A stretch of 64,000 nt of DNA from NCBI GenBank assembly GCA_000004985.1, contig GG738850.1; one strand, written 5' to 3'. The translations under genes were made by a program, and so were the position numbers. Under the pieces are notes generated by a model, which worked only from the letters and a program-made list of their open reading frames with translations, had not been told where the DNA came from and ran no database searches. This document shows positions 20,995 to 34,325 of this stretch, one piece after another; position 1 is the stretch's first letter, and each line of letters begins with the position of its first letter. This stretch comes from Naegleria gruberi. Taxonomy: Eukaryota.

Positions 20995-23900
20995 CTACCA
21001 GAAAAGGAAACTGAAATTAAGCTTTCTAATAACCCACTTTCTCATTTCATCATAAAAAATCATCAAAAACATCCAAGGAATTGGATACAACCAAAAGTCA
21101 ATAATCATAAATCTCGTATTGAAAATATAATCTCCAATGAATGGAACATAAATTAAAATCACCAACAAGCAAGCAGAATAGATTAATCCAAAATAGGTCA
21201 TTAAATTACCCAATAATCCATGTGTGAAAATGCTCAATCGACGAGTTTTGCAACTGAATAGAGTGGCCCATTGACAAATGACAATTGTCATGAAAAATGC
21301 TGTTTGTGCAGTGCATAGAACGTTATGTTGATACATCTTATCCAAATACATTCCAGTTTCTTCAATGTAAAGCTTTTTATCCGAATTGATATCGAAATAA
21401 TCCTTGCTAGTTGCTTCCCAAAGATATTTTGGTGGAATTCCATAATAAGCAAAGACTAGGAAGTAATTTGTAAAGCATGCAAGAGTTTCAATTACTCCCA
21501 TTTGGAGATAGGAAAAGATTAATAAGGAAGAGCTTACTAGTGGTTGATTCTTGGTACGAGGTGGAATGCTCATAATGTCAGATTCGGCTGTTTCGTAGGC
21601 GAGACTGACTGCACTGATGAGCTCCTTTTTAAGATTTTAAATTTGATATATTTGGATAATATAAAAATTGATAAATTAAGAATTTTCCAAATAAGTAAAA
21701 CTTACAGTTCCCAAATCAACACACAAAATCAATAAACCTGTAATTGGAAGAGGCATGCTAAATACAATAAAAACTAAATAAGGGAAAATTTCTGCAGATA
21801 AATGTGAAACAGTATAAGCAATTGACTTTTTCAAATTGTCAAAAATCAATCTGCCTTCCTTAATACCATTCACAATCGAAGCAAAGTTATCATCCAACAA
21901 GATTATAGCAGCTGCTTCTTTAGAAACAGCACTTCCTGAAATATTCATAGCCACACCTACATCTGCCTTCTTTAGAGCAGGTGAATCATTAGTTCCATCT
22001 CCTGTCACAGCGACACAATGCCCCAATTCTTGGAATTTTGTAACGATAATCAATTTTTGTTGAGGTGAAGTTCTGGCAAAGACAATTTGCTTCTTTTTAA
22101 GAATTTGTTTCCATTCCTTAGATGTCAACTTGTCAATTTCTTCTCCGTGTAAAACAATGGCATCAGCTCTACTGTATGGAATGGTTTTTGGATCACAACT
22201 TTCTTCCTCTGCGATATCGTCAATGGTTCTGGCGTCTGATTCGATAATTCCAACTTGTTTGGCTATGGCTTTGGCTGTGGCTGGGTGATCTCCTGTGACC
22301 ATGACTACTTGAATTCCTGCTTTCTTACATTGTCCAATACATTCAGGAACTCCTACTTTTGGAGGATCAGTCAATCCAGCCATTCCCAAAAAGCAAAGAC
22401 CTTCCATTGGAATGGATTGAGCAATTTGATCAGAAGTTTGTCCAGATTTCTCAATTCTTAATTGTTCCTCAACCAAATGTTCATCAATGAAAAGTTGGGC
22501 AAAACCCAAAACTCTCTCACCCTTAGAAGCAAAGAAATCATAGGCGTCCTTAAAATTTTGTTTCCAATTATCGTCCAATGGTAAAGTTTGTGAGCCAACT
22601 CTGATGTGTGAACAACGTTGAATGATTCTCTCTGGGGCTCCTTTCATGAGCAACAAAACTTTGGAATCAGTACTGGCACTGTCAGTGGTATTGGTAGTCC
22701 ACTGAGGGAGGTGATTATTCTTTCTAATACTTAACATCCACTTGTTTTTAGAATTGAATGGAATGGAATAAAGTTCAGTATAATCAGAACGAAACTCTTC
22801 AATGGTAGCACAATCAGTTCTTGTCTGAATGAATTTAACTAAAGCTGTCTCACTAGCATCTCCTTCACATTCTCTGTCCAAAATTGGTTTTCTCAAATTG
22901 TCTTCCTCTGGCACGAAATAAGTTTTCGAGCAGAGAGCTGAACATCTTCTCAACATTTGATCAGTTGTCAATTGTTCTTCACCTTCTTTTGAGTAACTTG
23001 TTAATGGAGTTAAGGTGCTTGGCTTTTGGGTCATGTATCTGTCTTGGTAATCTACAGAAGAAACTCTTCCATCTACCCATAGCTCAACAACTGTCATTCT
23101 GTTTTGTGTCAAAGTTCCTGTCTTGTCACTACAAATAACTGATGTACTGCCAAGTGTCTCAACATGCTCAAGCTTTTTAACGAGGACATTCACTGCCTTT
23201 AGACGTTTAGCACTGACTGTTAAGCAGACAGTTACTGTAGGAATCAATCCTTGTGGAATGTTAGAAATGATTATACCAATAGCAAATAAAAAATTAGTGA
23301 ACCAACTGTTTCCAATAGCAAATCCTAAACAGAAGAAAATAATGGCCATTGTGAAGGCCAGAACAGCAATCTTTCTAACAAAACTGTCAATTTCTCTTCT
23401 GAGTGGAGTTTTCTTTTCAGTTGAAGCTCCTGCCAATAAAGCAATTTGACCAATGACAGTTTGATTTCCACATCTAATTACGATACCATAACCACTTCCT
23501 TCCAAAGCCAAAGTTCCAAAGAATACCAAATTATTTGTTTCCAAAGGATTCTTTGAAGTCATTTCCACACTCCTTGATTGAGGTTCAGTTTCTCCTGTCA
23601 AGGAAGCATTATCAAGTTTTAGTTGTGAACAAGAAACCACACGTAAATCAGCTGGAATTTTATCACCACCCTCAATTCTAACCAAATCACCCAAAACCAA
23701 TTCTTCAACTGGAATTTTTTGTGGAATTCCATCACGAATCACCATACAGCTGTCACTTTGCATTTGTTGAAAACTCTGCAAAACCTTCTCACTCGATCTT
23801 TCCTGAACCAATGTAATGGTAGCATTCATAATCACAATAAACCACAAGATGACACCCAGAAATATATTCGGATAGGATTCAGTTGTTCTCTCAATGGCAA

Positions 23901-24585
23901 CGTTTAGGAAGGAAAGGAGACCAGCAACGATGAGAAGAAGGGCAAAGAGAGAGGTGAATTGTTCGATGATTTTAAAGATGAAAGGACGTTTTTTGGGTGG
24001 TGTGAGTTGATTGGGACCGTTTACTTTAAGTCTTTCGCTGGCTACTTGTTGGGTGAGACCCTATAATTATATATTCGAATGTACAAAAATATATTAGAAA
24101 GTCCAATACATGAATACATCAATATTCGAAATACTTACTGTTGATTTCTCTGGTTTGTCTTGATTAAAGCTCGTTCCATAAGTTTCGCACACTCTCTCAA
24201 CACTCAACTCGTGTTCAGAAATATCGATTGCTTTCTTCTTTGATTTCTTGATGAATTTCACTTCCTTGGCACTTTTTTGTTTCATGAGTTGAGGGTTTTC
24301 TTGGGCAGTTCGAATAATATCAATCGATTGACGAGCTTCTTCAAAGTACCTTGGAATATCATTCGACAACATTCCACTACTATTCGAAACATTATTCGAA
24401 ACAGCTCCAGTGAGTGTATGACCAATAATATCCAAAGAAGCAGATGATGTAGTTGTACTAGTTTCAATTCTATTGTCCATTTGATGTTTTCCAACATCAA
24501 TAATAATCTCTTCAGTATTGGCAGATGACATTTTGCATCTTTTTTTTGATTGGTAATAATCAAAACTACAAACTACAAACTTCAA
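20995..24585 (-). CDS. P-type ATPase, Na+/K+-ATPase alpha-subunit-like (type IIC), 3 exons
   Basis: Exons 24585..24139, 24060..21706 and 21624..20995, with introns 24061..24138 (GTAAGT..TTATAG) and 21625..21705 (GTAAGT..AAAAAG). Contains the phosphorylation motif ICSDKTGTLTQNRMTV, TGES-like LTGETEP, TGDHP, VAVTGDGTNDSPALKKADVG, and Na/K-type segments KNPLETNNLVFFGT and ELISAVSLAYETAESDIMSIPPR (LAYE..ESDIM). The alternative start is the internal ATG at about 24531 (MSSANTEE). Confidence 0.85.
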
Positions 24586-24882
24586 AGTTATTCAAATTTT
24601 TGAAACCTCCCACCTACATGAACCTGCCTCTCACTGCCTCATGACCTTTGTACAAGTCGAAATCCATTGCCTTTACTAATTTGGAAGGAGCGAGGATGAT
24701 GCATCATATGTTGAAATTCGTCTTGTTGGTTTGGTACTGTGGACTTGAAGAGTATGCATCTCCTTGGAACATGCATGACATGGTGGAACTTGATAGCAAC
24801 GTGTCATTATGAAGTTTCGAATAATAATATTCGATTATTATTTATGATGACTTCAAAATTAATATGTGGTAATTATAAGGGG

Positions 24883-27800
24883 TTAGAAACTTAATTTATC
24901 TCTTAATTGAATGAGTTGTTTGGAAATATCGGAAAATTCTGGTCTATTACTTGGATCCATATCCCAACACTGTTGCATGAGTTTCGTATAATCTTCAGTG
25001 ACCGATTTGAGTACTGAAAATGGAGCGCTAGTTTCTTGTCCATACACATTCATCCACTCATGCAACTCCTCGTCATTTCTAAATGGTATAATTGGTCTTT
25101 CATTATTTAAAACTTTCATTGGAACTGTATATGGTTGATCTTCACAAGTTGCCTTTCTGAAATGGTGAATTTTAGAGCTAGCTGCATTCAGATATGGATT
25201 TTCCAAAAAGTATAATTCATACATGACAATTCCAAATGAGTAGACATCAACTTTGTGTGTAATCTTTGTAGATGATCCCTGTAGACCTTCATTTCCAATA
25301 TAAAACAAAGTTCCAACATTGACAGTCATTGAAGTTTGTAATTGATTGTTTCCAATGATTTTGACCAAACCAAAATCACACACCTTACAATTATTGGATT
25401 CATCCAAAAGAATATTAGCTGGTTTCAAATCTCTGTGAATCACTGAGGGTTGAAGGGAGTGTAAATAATTCATTCCATTACTCACTCCAATTAAAATATT
25501 AATCTTTTCCTTCAATGATAAAAATTCAATATTTTGCTTGCATTTGTAAATAATCTTGTCCAAGCTTCCCTTCTTTACAAACTCTGTAATCATATACTTT
25601 GAGGTCTCGGTAATACAGACACCATAGAATGAGACAATATTTGGATGTCTGAGTCTTGAAAGAATGGCAGCTTCCTTTTCAAATTCAAAACTTCCTTCTG
25701 CAGTTTTCAATGATTTAATGGCAACTTCAGTATTGACCCAGAGTCCTTTATAGACATTTCCGTAACCTCCCTCACCAATACGTTTGGTAATTTCAATATC
25801 CTGAACTGGAATAACTACAGAACTTTTAACTGTGTTTTGGTTCATGTGATCGTTTTCCAAAAGTGGAGAATCATAATCTGAATTATGTTTTGATTTGTAA
25901 TAACTTGTTGATCTTGAATGAGTATAATTTGTTTCACTATCACTCATTTCAAAGACAATTTTGTTGTCTAAAATTGTTTTTTCCAAATTCTTTTCTGCAT
26001 TTTCCTTCCTTTTAAGTAATCTTAATTTGGAAATAATTTTAGAAGTGCAATAGAATATTAAAAATCCCAAAATAGTTCCACCCAACAACATGAGAATACC
26101 CACAGGCACTGTGATTGAAATAATGAGAGTTTCCAAATCAATTACATTTTTGCAAACAAAAATTTGTTGTTCATTAACAAATTCTGCAACCATTCGTAAT
26201 GGCATTGGACAAGGCAGCAATGTAATATTAAAATTGGTAGTTACCAACGATTCTGAGATTATTTTCACATTGGCAGTTGTGTTTTCATAGATTGCCTTTG
26301 TGAAATAGACACTTGCAATAAATCGCTTATTTCCAGCAATGGATGAATTAATTTGTAAATAGTCTGAAATTATTTTGAAATTCTCAGATTGGAGTGGTAA
26401 TTCTAAACCCAGGTTTCCCAAAAATCCCATTTCTATTGTAATATTCTGTCCAGATTCCACAGAAGGGCTCACATAGTCAATTGTTAAATTTCTGCCAATT
26501 GATGAAAAGTCATCTCCAAACATGGAAGCTCTATTACCTCTGAATGTATTACCTGGTCCAATTATACTATTATTTACACTTGATACTAAAATTGATTGTT
26601 CAAAAAAGTAGAAGGCACCTCCTGTCATATTTGCAAAATTGTCAATCAGTGTGAAATCTTTAAATAAGTATGGAGATCTATTCCAATACGTGAAATACCC
26701 TACACACAAAGCTCCTCCTCTAATAGCTCTATTTCCAATAAACTCAGCTCCCCCATAAGATCCAGGACCATGTCCAATAGAATGGATGGTTAGAGCTCCA
26801 CCACAACCCAGCAACATTCCAGCGATTGCATTTCCAACCTCTCTCTTGATATAATTTCCAATAAATTTGGTATTTTCAAATTGGGTTACCAACATGTCTT
26901 GACGAATGAATAAGGCACCTCCAGATTGTAAAGATAAATTTTCCTTAAATAGGCAATTAATAAATTTCATGATAAAGCTATTGGTTAAGAAAATAGCACC
27001 ACCAAAAGTATTAGCTCCATTTCTAATAAAAGTTGAATTGGCAATAAAACTTTCAGTAAAATAGGCGTTTTCTATCGAATATTACAAAATTAGAAATATT
27101 TTAGAAATGAACTTACCTGAAAACGAAGCAATACTAATTGCACCACCAAAAGCAATAGCACGATTGTCTGCGAATGTGCAATTATCCATATTTAGTGAAA
27201 CAATATCACGGAATCCCAAAACTCCTCCTTCATTACCAATATTTCTATAAAACTCACTGTGATTAATAATAGTTTCAGAAACGGATGTAATCTCAACCAC
27301 ACTCTTAACATTCTTATAAGTGTCCAATACATTACAATCAAATATCGTTGTATATTCTATCATTAAATTTAGTATAGCTCCCAATTGTGCAAACAAATCC
27401 AAATTCTGAGCTACACAATTTGTAATTTTAACCTTATCAACAAATTCCACAGCAAGTGCAGGTAAGTAATATTTTGAAATTTGAAACTTGGTGTTAGAAA
27501 ATAGAGTTGAATCAGCTTTTGTGATTACAATATTCGATCCAATACAAATCGAGTCCTTAATCTCCAATGTCTTTAATCCAACAGCTCTAAAAGATAAAAA
27601 ATCAAAGTAGGTTTCGGATACCTCAACATGTCCACAATTTGCAAAGGTAAAAGTAAATCCAATTGCACCTACAAAGACAACATTCTTAAATTTGACAGTT
27701 TTCACATTTGAAAAATCCAAACTGTAAGCTTCTTTAGTACAGTAGACTTCTTCGAATATGACATCTCCAGAGGAAAAGTTGTAAACTTGATAATTAGCTA

Positions 27801-28600
27801 CAGAAATTCTGGAAAATGTCATTATGGAATTGTAAATGCCAAAATTGTAATTTAGTGAACTTGTCATGGCAGCATTTAATCTCAAATCATGAAAATAAAA
27901 CCTTGTCATGTCGTTTCTGATAAGAAACAATGATGTACCAAACTGATTACATGAAAGAACATTGAAATAACTCTCTGAATAAATCTCAAATAAATAATTA
28001 ATATTACTATATATAGGTGTGACCATTTCATTGTTACAGAAACCTGTCAATTTTCCTGTAAACTCCAATTGTACATGAATATTGAACTGTTGCTGATTGA
28101 ATATCGATTCATTCATTGATCGTGTCCAATTCATCACCAGCACATCCAATCGGGCAAGAGCTTGTGAAATCGATGGACATGGATACTGTGAATTTTCACA
28201 TGTGGCATTATCCACACCCAACTGACTCGACAAGTACAGTGTAAATGTTTGATAGGGTCTCGATTCTAACTCTACTCTAAAGTATTTGAGTGCTTCATTT
28301 TCCGAATCAGTTGTCGAACGTGTTCTACTCTTCCTTGTTGATGCCAAATATTCATCAAAATTATTTATGCTATATTCATCATGGTTATTGACATGTTGTT
28401 GTGTCCACTGATGTGATGGTTCGTTGCTGTTGCTGTTCGGCACCTGGTTTGATGAATGCAGTTAAATCCACATTATGTAAATCATGAAAAGTCACATCAT
28501 GATATTGTTGTACTGTTCCTAGGACAACAGTAATGAGAAGCAACAGAAGAAGGAAATAATGATGAACTGTAGAATGGCCGAGCAGAGGATTTGCTGCCAT
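24883..28600 (-). CDS. Receptor-like protein kinase: signal peptide + beta-helix ectodomain of Chlamydia-PMP-type repeats (GGA[ILV] / FxxN) + TM + TKL/Tyr-like kinase domain
   Basis: Ectodomain repeats FADNRAIAFGGAISI, FIRNGANTFGGAIF, QSGGALFI, FIGN...GGAEFIGNRAIRGGAL and GGAFYF. TM is VPVGILMLLGGTILGFLIFY. Kinase motifs IGEGGYGNVYKG, VAIK, HRDLKPANILLD, DFGLVK. The 27082..28443 and 24883..26970 ORFs join across a 45-nt intron (27072..27116, GTAAGT..CGATAG) in phase. A putative 5' signal-peptide exon 28600..28514 (MAANPLLGHSTVHHYFLLLLLLITVVLGT) would join at 28443 through a 70-nt intron (28444..28513, GT..CCAG); that exon is tentative. Confidence 0.7.
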
Positions 28601-28909
28601 TTTTTGTTGTTCTTTGAGCTGTCAACAAGGAAATGCCTTGATGATCAATACCCATAGTAGCGGACAAAAAAAGTAATCTTGATTATAATGCATGGACTGT
28701 AACACTCAGGAGTGATTTGGTTGCATCATATCTGATTTTACTGATTCTCAATATTCTCATTTCCCCCGAGGAGTGTTACCTTCTCTTCCCTTAATCAGCA
28801 TTCTCATGAACCTCCAACTACAACACCAAAGTCATCCTCAGTTTCATCCTCTGAGAATATCATCTCTTTGAATAAATAAGTTATTTTATCAAATATACAA
28901 TATGTACAA

Positions 28910-30151
28910 TTACAGTTTAAGGTTCTCTGACAATGCTTCAGAATAGTCCAATTTGAGTTTTCTAACTTGTTCTGGATTTTGTGTAATTAAATTGTTGCCA
29001 TGAGCCATAATTATATGCTCCCAATTCCAAGTGAAGATTTTGGTAAAATCCTGAACTGCTTGATTCTTGTCAGTAATTAAAGCTCTAAATGATTTTGGTA
29101 TTGTTGGTCCTTTTCCGTACAAATCCAATAATTTTCCATAATGTACACTGACTGGTGTATGATTTGGATCATCAACTTTGATAGTTATTGGTTCCTTCCA
29201 ATCCATTACAGTATCGCAAGCTATCAAGGTCTTTGTTGGCTTGTGACACATTACAACTTCATTCAAATTCAATCCAGTCACAACTTGTAAATCAAATTGT
29301 GTTTGCCAATCACGAGGCCATTCTCTTGGAGTTGTGCTATTGTCTGAAGGGAGTGTGTAAATGCATTTGGCAACATCTTCTTTCTTCAATTCTGGATATT
29401 CGGCCGATAATTTGGAATATAAATTATCAATCACTGTTTGCTTGTTTGGATATGGACAATAGATGAATGGTTTTTCCAACTTTCCATCCTTATTTTCCAA
29501 TATAAAGTATTTCAAGTATTGACTAGCATACTTGAGATGTGAACTGTTTGGTAAAATAATTAATTTCACCTTTCCCAATCTCTTCAATTCATTCTTTACA
29601 ATATCTGTCAATTCAACTGGATTATATATCATCAATTCCGATTTTCCCAAATCAACCACACACATATTGCTACTCATTGCAATAGGTGGCATGCTCATTT
29701 GAAAGTGATGTCTATAGGTAGAGAGTATTTCCTTCTTGGTCTTTCCATCCCTATGAACACAAGTAAACGACTTGTCATTAAACTTTTCATGAGAAACCTT
29801 CTCTGTTACTTTGGCATAATAATACCCTACAGTGAGTAAGCCACCAATCACTCCACCAATCATTAATAATTTCCCAAAGAATGATTTCTTCTTCTTATTG
29901 CCATTATTATTATTAGTAGAATTTTGTTTTTCTTGTTGTTTCTCTTGTTGTTGATGATTATTCAATGTATTGGCCACTGATGATCGGATTGGAGAAATCT
30001 TCATTGAAAATCCTCTTTCCATCATTCTATTCTGTAATGATAAAGATGATTTAGTTGCAACACCATTCATCATCAATTGTTGCACCACTTGTTTAATTTG
30101 ACTTGAATTCATCAAACTCTCCACGAGTTTCAAATTATTTCTTCTCATCAT
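28910..30151 (-). CDS. Hypothetical N-terminally membrane-anchored protein (Gln/Asn-rich linker, one TM, ~270-aa C-terminal domain of unknown function)
   Basis: 413-aa ORF; TM FFGKLLMIGGVIGGLLTVGYYY; no confident domain assignment. Confidence 0.4.
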   Translation of the reverse strand: MMRRNNLKLVESLMNSSQIKQVVQQLMMNGVATKSSLSLQNRMMERGFSMKISPIRSSVANTLNNHQQQEKQQEKQNSTNNNNGNKKKKSFFGKLLMIGGVIGGLLTVGYYYAKVTEKVSHEKFNDKSFTCVHRDGKTKKEILSTYRHHFQMSMPPIAMSSNMCVVDLGKSELMIYNPVELTDIVKNELKRLGKVKLIILPNSSHLKYASQYLKYFILENKDGKLEKPFIYCPYPNKQTVIDNLYSKLSAEYPELKKEDVAKCIYTLPSDNSTTPREWPRDWQTQFDLQVVTGLNLNEVVMCHKPTKTLIACDTVMDWKEPITIKVDDPNHTPVSVHYGKLLDLYGKGPTIPKSFRALITDKNQAVQDFTKIFTWNWEHIIMAHGNNLITQNPEQVRKLKLDYSEALSENLKL

Positions 30152-31621
30152 GATTTGTATTCTTTTTCTTCTTCAATTACTCAACCCGAACTTAGAAAAT
30201 GATCATCAAACAGGTCCTATACTTGATGAAAAGTACTTCTATGAGTTTGCTTGTTTTTTTTCGTTGTATTTCAAGCACATTAGACTTCATCTATTCATAA
30301 CCCATTGGACGATCCTTAATGATGAAGAAAGGATCGGAGAGTTTTTTTATTTCGGCGGGATTTGGGTTATTTAAAAAAGGTAAGGCTGCGCCAAAGCAAA
30401 AGGGTTTTACAAAATTCAATCTATTTGCTTGGTGTGGAATTGATTGTACAAATTTTTTGTCCATGTACGAAAGTCATCTGTGAATTGATTTATTATGTTT
30501 TGGTGTTTTTGTTTGGTATTATTAATGTTGATATGTCAACAAGAAATGAAAGCACACATTACTGGTGCTTGATTGATTATTGTTCACTGACGTTTTCTTT
30601 TCCTTGTTGTGATGGAAATTTATTTGAACACACTTCTCAAATATTTGGCAATTGACTTGGAATTTAACATTGGAAGGTATATAAATTGGAAATATTGTTC
30701 GAAACTTGATATTTGTTGAATTTTGAATATTCCCCTTTGAAGAACATCTTCCAACAATTCTCCATTCTTTACTTTTGGGGACATCCATTGTTATTCTCAT
30801 ATAATCTTCCTAATTCTTCTAATGAAAGATCATTGTAAACCTCAACCACATTTCTTAAGAAAAAGACATGAAACATCATCAGTTTGATGATACATTTTTT
30901 TCCTCCAAGATTTTGCGCATCTGAATTCATCATTCTTATCATATGGATTGGCTAACATTGGAAATTGTTTGATATTGCATGTTTGCTTTCTAATTGTTGA
31001 TTCTTAAATACCATCGATGACATTACATATTCCCAGGTCAAACATAGAGACCCAGAACAGACAGCTTTGGAAGAAATTAGCAAAAGATCCATTTGAAGAT
31101 ACTGCATTTCAAATAACTTCAATATATAAAATAAAGTTTATTTCATTACTTGTAAAGTAGTTGTCTTGTAAATAATCGTGGAACTCACCTCAATTGTTGT
31201 AAGATCATTGAAACTGGTTCGGATTTTTGAATTTAATTATTTGAGAAATAGATGTGTTGCAGATAAATATGTAAAACTGATGGAACTTTGGTACCAGTTT
31301 TCATGCATTCAAAAACAGTTATTAAAACCAAATATCTCTCTAAAAATAACACGATTCAAATTTACAAACTTTAATTTCAAACAACATTACAAAAAAACGC
31401 ATTTAGAATGTTGTTCTTTTTAATACGCCTCTCTTTCTAAATATCCAATTAGAAGAAGGATACCAGATAGTGTTCGTTAGTTAAAGTCGGTGCATAACGA
31501 CTCTAATCACATCACAAACATCAATTCTTTCAAAAAAAATTCTGTCTAACCAATTTACCGTTTAGACAGCTGACAGATAAGAGACCATCGTCTAAACACA
31601 TTTCTCTTCTTCTGTAAAAAT

Positions 31622-33595
31622 ATGGATTTTCTCAATGGAAGCACATCGAGTGTGCCTAACTTGGTACTCATTGCTTGTATAGCAATCATTCCCATTGTTC
31701 TTTTTGTTGGTGCTGTTCTCTTTATTATTTTCTTCTCAAGTCCAGCCGATAGGTTCCAAGGAATATTCCCCAAAATTATATGTGTAAGTTTATATTGGTC
31801 ATTAGCAATTTTATTCTTATCTGTTTCTTCTGTTGCTTCTTTGTATATACAAAATTTGGTGATGATGAAAAAATTGTTTAATTAATATTCGGGTGATGAA
31901 ATTTTCCCTCCAAAATTAAAATTTACGATACAAAATTAACAACAATAACAAAATGACTGTATGATGATGACCACTGTATTGGTGCTTTTATAATATTTGG
32001 TTATTATTAATTCAAATAACATTATGATGGTATTATTGTGTTGAATGTTTTGATGATGAAATGTTTACATGTTAAAACACATTTCGATCATTGATGATAT
32101 TATTTGATGGATAACAACAAAACTATTATGACTTGATGTATCATCCTCTCAATCTTCTAATATTCACATTATTTTGCTATTATTATTATTTACTACAACA
32201 ACAACAACATTTCAAAATGTAATAATATTATAACAACAATTCTACTTACATATCAATTAATAGGTATTTGGAATGACGTTTGCAGGGTGTATACTATTGA
32301 TCATTCCATTCGATGCTTGGAATACTAGATATAAAGGAGGAATAGGAAGTGCTTTGGAAATTATTTGGCAAGTTTTGTTTGGCGTTGTCGGATTGTTGGT
32401 TTGCCTTGTTATTCCATGGGCACTCATCTATTATGAATCCTATGATGAAGATAAAGCTGGTACACCAAAAGGTTTCCTTCGTCAATGCCTCTGTGGTTTG
32501 ATTGGTTCTCTCATCACTTTTGGATTGTGTGCATTGATTATTGGTGTCACTTATATTTGGTTGGGTATTGCCCGAATTGATGTGAAAGAGTATACAGGTT
32601 ACTATGTTGCTGATGATAGAATTTCTGCATATTCTCTATTGCCTGATAAACCCAGTCAGTATGGTACTACTTTTGATGTGAGAATGTCATTCCTGGTTTA
32701 CCTTATTGCCTTGTTAAGTTTGGCTGGTTGGTTTTGCTTACTAATTTGTGGTGGTTGTGGCCTGACAGCTGTTCCTCTAGAATTGATATTGTGGTTCGTT
32801 TATCGTCCAAAGAAGATTTCCAAGTCTGAATTTATTGAACAACAAAAGAAATATGCTGCACGTGCCCACAAATTGATTGAAATTGGTAAGAGATTGGATG
32901 ATTTGAGAAAACAACCTGGTAATCGTGCCAAACCAAAATCTATTCGTAGTTACCGTGCCTTTAAGGATGCTGTCTATCAATTGGATGATGATTTCAAGAA
33001 GGTCAAGACTGCCTTTGAAAGAGGAGGTGGTTGGATTGTTTTGTACATTTTCTCATTGGGTTTAGGTATCGTTTTGGCAATTATTACAGTTTTGTGGATT
33101 GTTCACTTGATTGTTTACACACTTCCAACTGTTCCATTGTGGGGAGGTCTTAATCAATTCTACATTTGGTTCGATACTGCTTTCCCACTTTTCGGTATGC
33201 TTTTGTACAGTATTTTCGCATTCTATTTATTGTTCAGTATTTTGGCCGGAAACATTTTGATTGCTGGTAGAATTCCAATTTGTTCAGTTTATCCAATTAG
33301 ATGGAAGGATACTTTTACTAGTAGTTTCCTTTTCAACACTGGATTATTATTGCTAGGTTCTTTAACAGTTGTACAATTCTGTGCCTCAACTTTTGAAGCT
33401 TACGTCCAAAATTCAGTTATTGACTCAATGATGAATACCTATGTCAAACACATTCTTGGTCTTGGATATGTATTCCAATATTTGGATAAGATCTTCTTTG
33501 GTTTTATTTTCCTTGGTTTCTTCTTGGCTATTTGTAACATTGCTATCAAACAAAGAAAGTCAGAAAAGGAAATTGAAGCCATCCTTAACAGCTAA
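31622..33595 (+). CDS. LMBR1-domain protein, LMBD1-like (probable lysosomal cobalamin-transporter homologue), 2 exons
   Basis: Exon 1 is 31622..31783 (MDFLNGSTSSVPNLVLIACIAIIPIVLFV...). Donor is GTAAGT at 31784 and acceptor ...TTAATAG at about 32262-32263. Exon 2 starts 9 nt before the ORF ATG at 32273 and runs to 33595. It is a nine-TM protein with the LMBD1-like segment ...LIYYESYDEDKAG (compare YFYYEEKDDDD) and a large cytoplasmic loop with a coiled-coil-like stretch (FIEQQKKYAARAHKLIEIGKRLDDLRKQ). Confidence 0.65.
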
Positions 33596-33667
33596 GCTTT
33601 GTAATAAAATAAAAGATTTTCTAAGGTCGCCTATTCATATTCATCCAGAATGATTGCAGTCATAAAA

Positions 33668-33785
33668 GACTACAGCACCACAGGTTCCCAAGTTGTCTCC
33701 AACCTCAGTACTGATGTGGCTCGACGATGCTTAACTTCTCAAATCGGACGGGATGAGGTGCATTCATCGTGATATGGCCGTAGCC
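33668..33785 (-). rRNA. 5S ribosomal RNA gene (118 nt)
   Basis: Minus-strand sequence GGCTACGGCCATATCACGATGAATGCACCTCATCCCGTCCGATTTGAGAAGTTAAGCATCGTCGAGCCACATCAGTACTGAGGTTGGAGACAACTTGGGAACCTGTGGTGCTGTAGTC matches the universal 5S pattern: ACGGCCATA, CCCGTCCGAT, box A GAAGTTAAGC, AGTACT, GGGAGAC-like, GGTGCTGTAG. Helix I pairs the 5' and 3' ends. It is followed by TTTT (Pol III terminator) and lies 73 bp downstream of the LMBD1 stop, on the opposite strand. Confidence 0.85.
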
Positions 33786-34325
33786 ATTCATAACCCTAAA
33801 ACAATGAATGTAAAGAATATTGAAAATCTTAAACTCCATATTTAAGAAATTACAAATCTTCTTCTCGATATTTTGTGGAGGTTTGTACCACTTACAGAAC
33901 CTCCAAATGGTCCAATGGTGGGATAAATTGGATCAAATCTATTTAAAATTAGATCCTTTGTCAACAGAGCTGTTTTTCTATACATTGGCTTGTTTTAGTT
34001 CAATAAATAATGATATTTTATATGGCACAACAGGTCTAAAACAATATGAGCAAAAAGGCATGGGTGGAGTTACGCCACCAACACTTCAGAGAAATGAGCT
34101 GATCGTGATGTTAGAATTACACTACATGCCTCAAATTCAGTACTAGTTTGCAATCTCTCTTACCTTCAGATGGTTGAAAACATTCATTTCATTATGGTAT
34201 TATTCTTTCTTTAAAACCAACTCTGAAATGGAAGTTTCATGCTTCTATTAATAAATTAATGGGTTTGCTTGCCCAACAGACATTATACTAAGGAGAATTA
34301 AGGGCCCATACCCATCTTGATGTAA

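Noticed and set aside
27108-27120. U1-snRNA-like ACTTACCTG
   Set aside because: It is simply the reverse complement of the GTAAGT splice donor of the minus-strand kinase gene intron, not an snRNA gene.
30522-30800. Small ORFs in the 30160..31620 intergenic region (for example 30522..30800 -, 30362..30655 +, 31178..31423 +)
   Set aside because: They are short, overlapping and low complexity with no motif. This region is most likely the divergent promoter between the 28910..30151 gene and the LMBD1 gene. A palindrome GTTTAGAC...GTCTAAAC at about 31560..31605 was noted but not interpretable.
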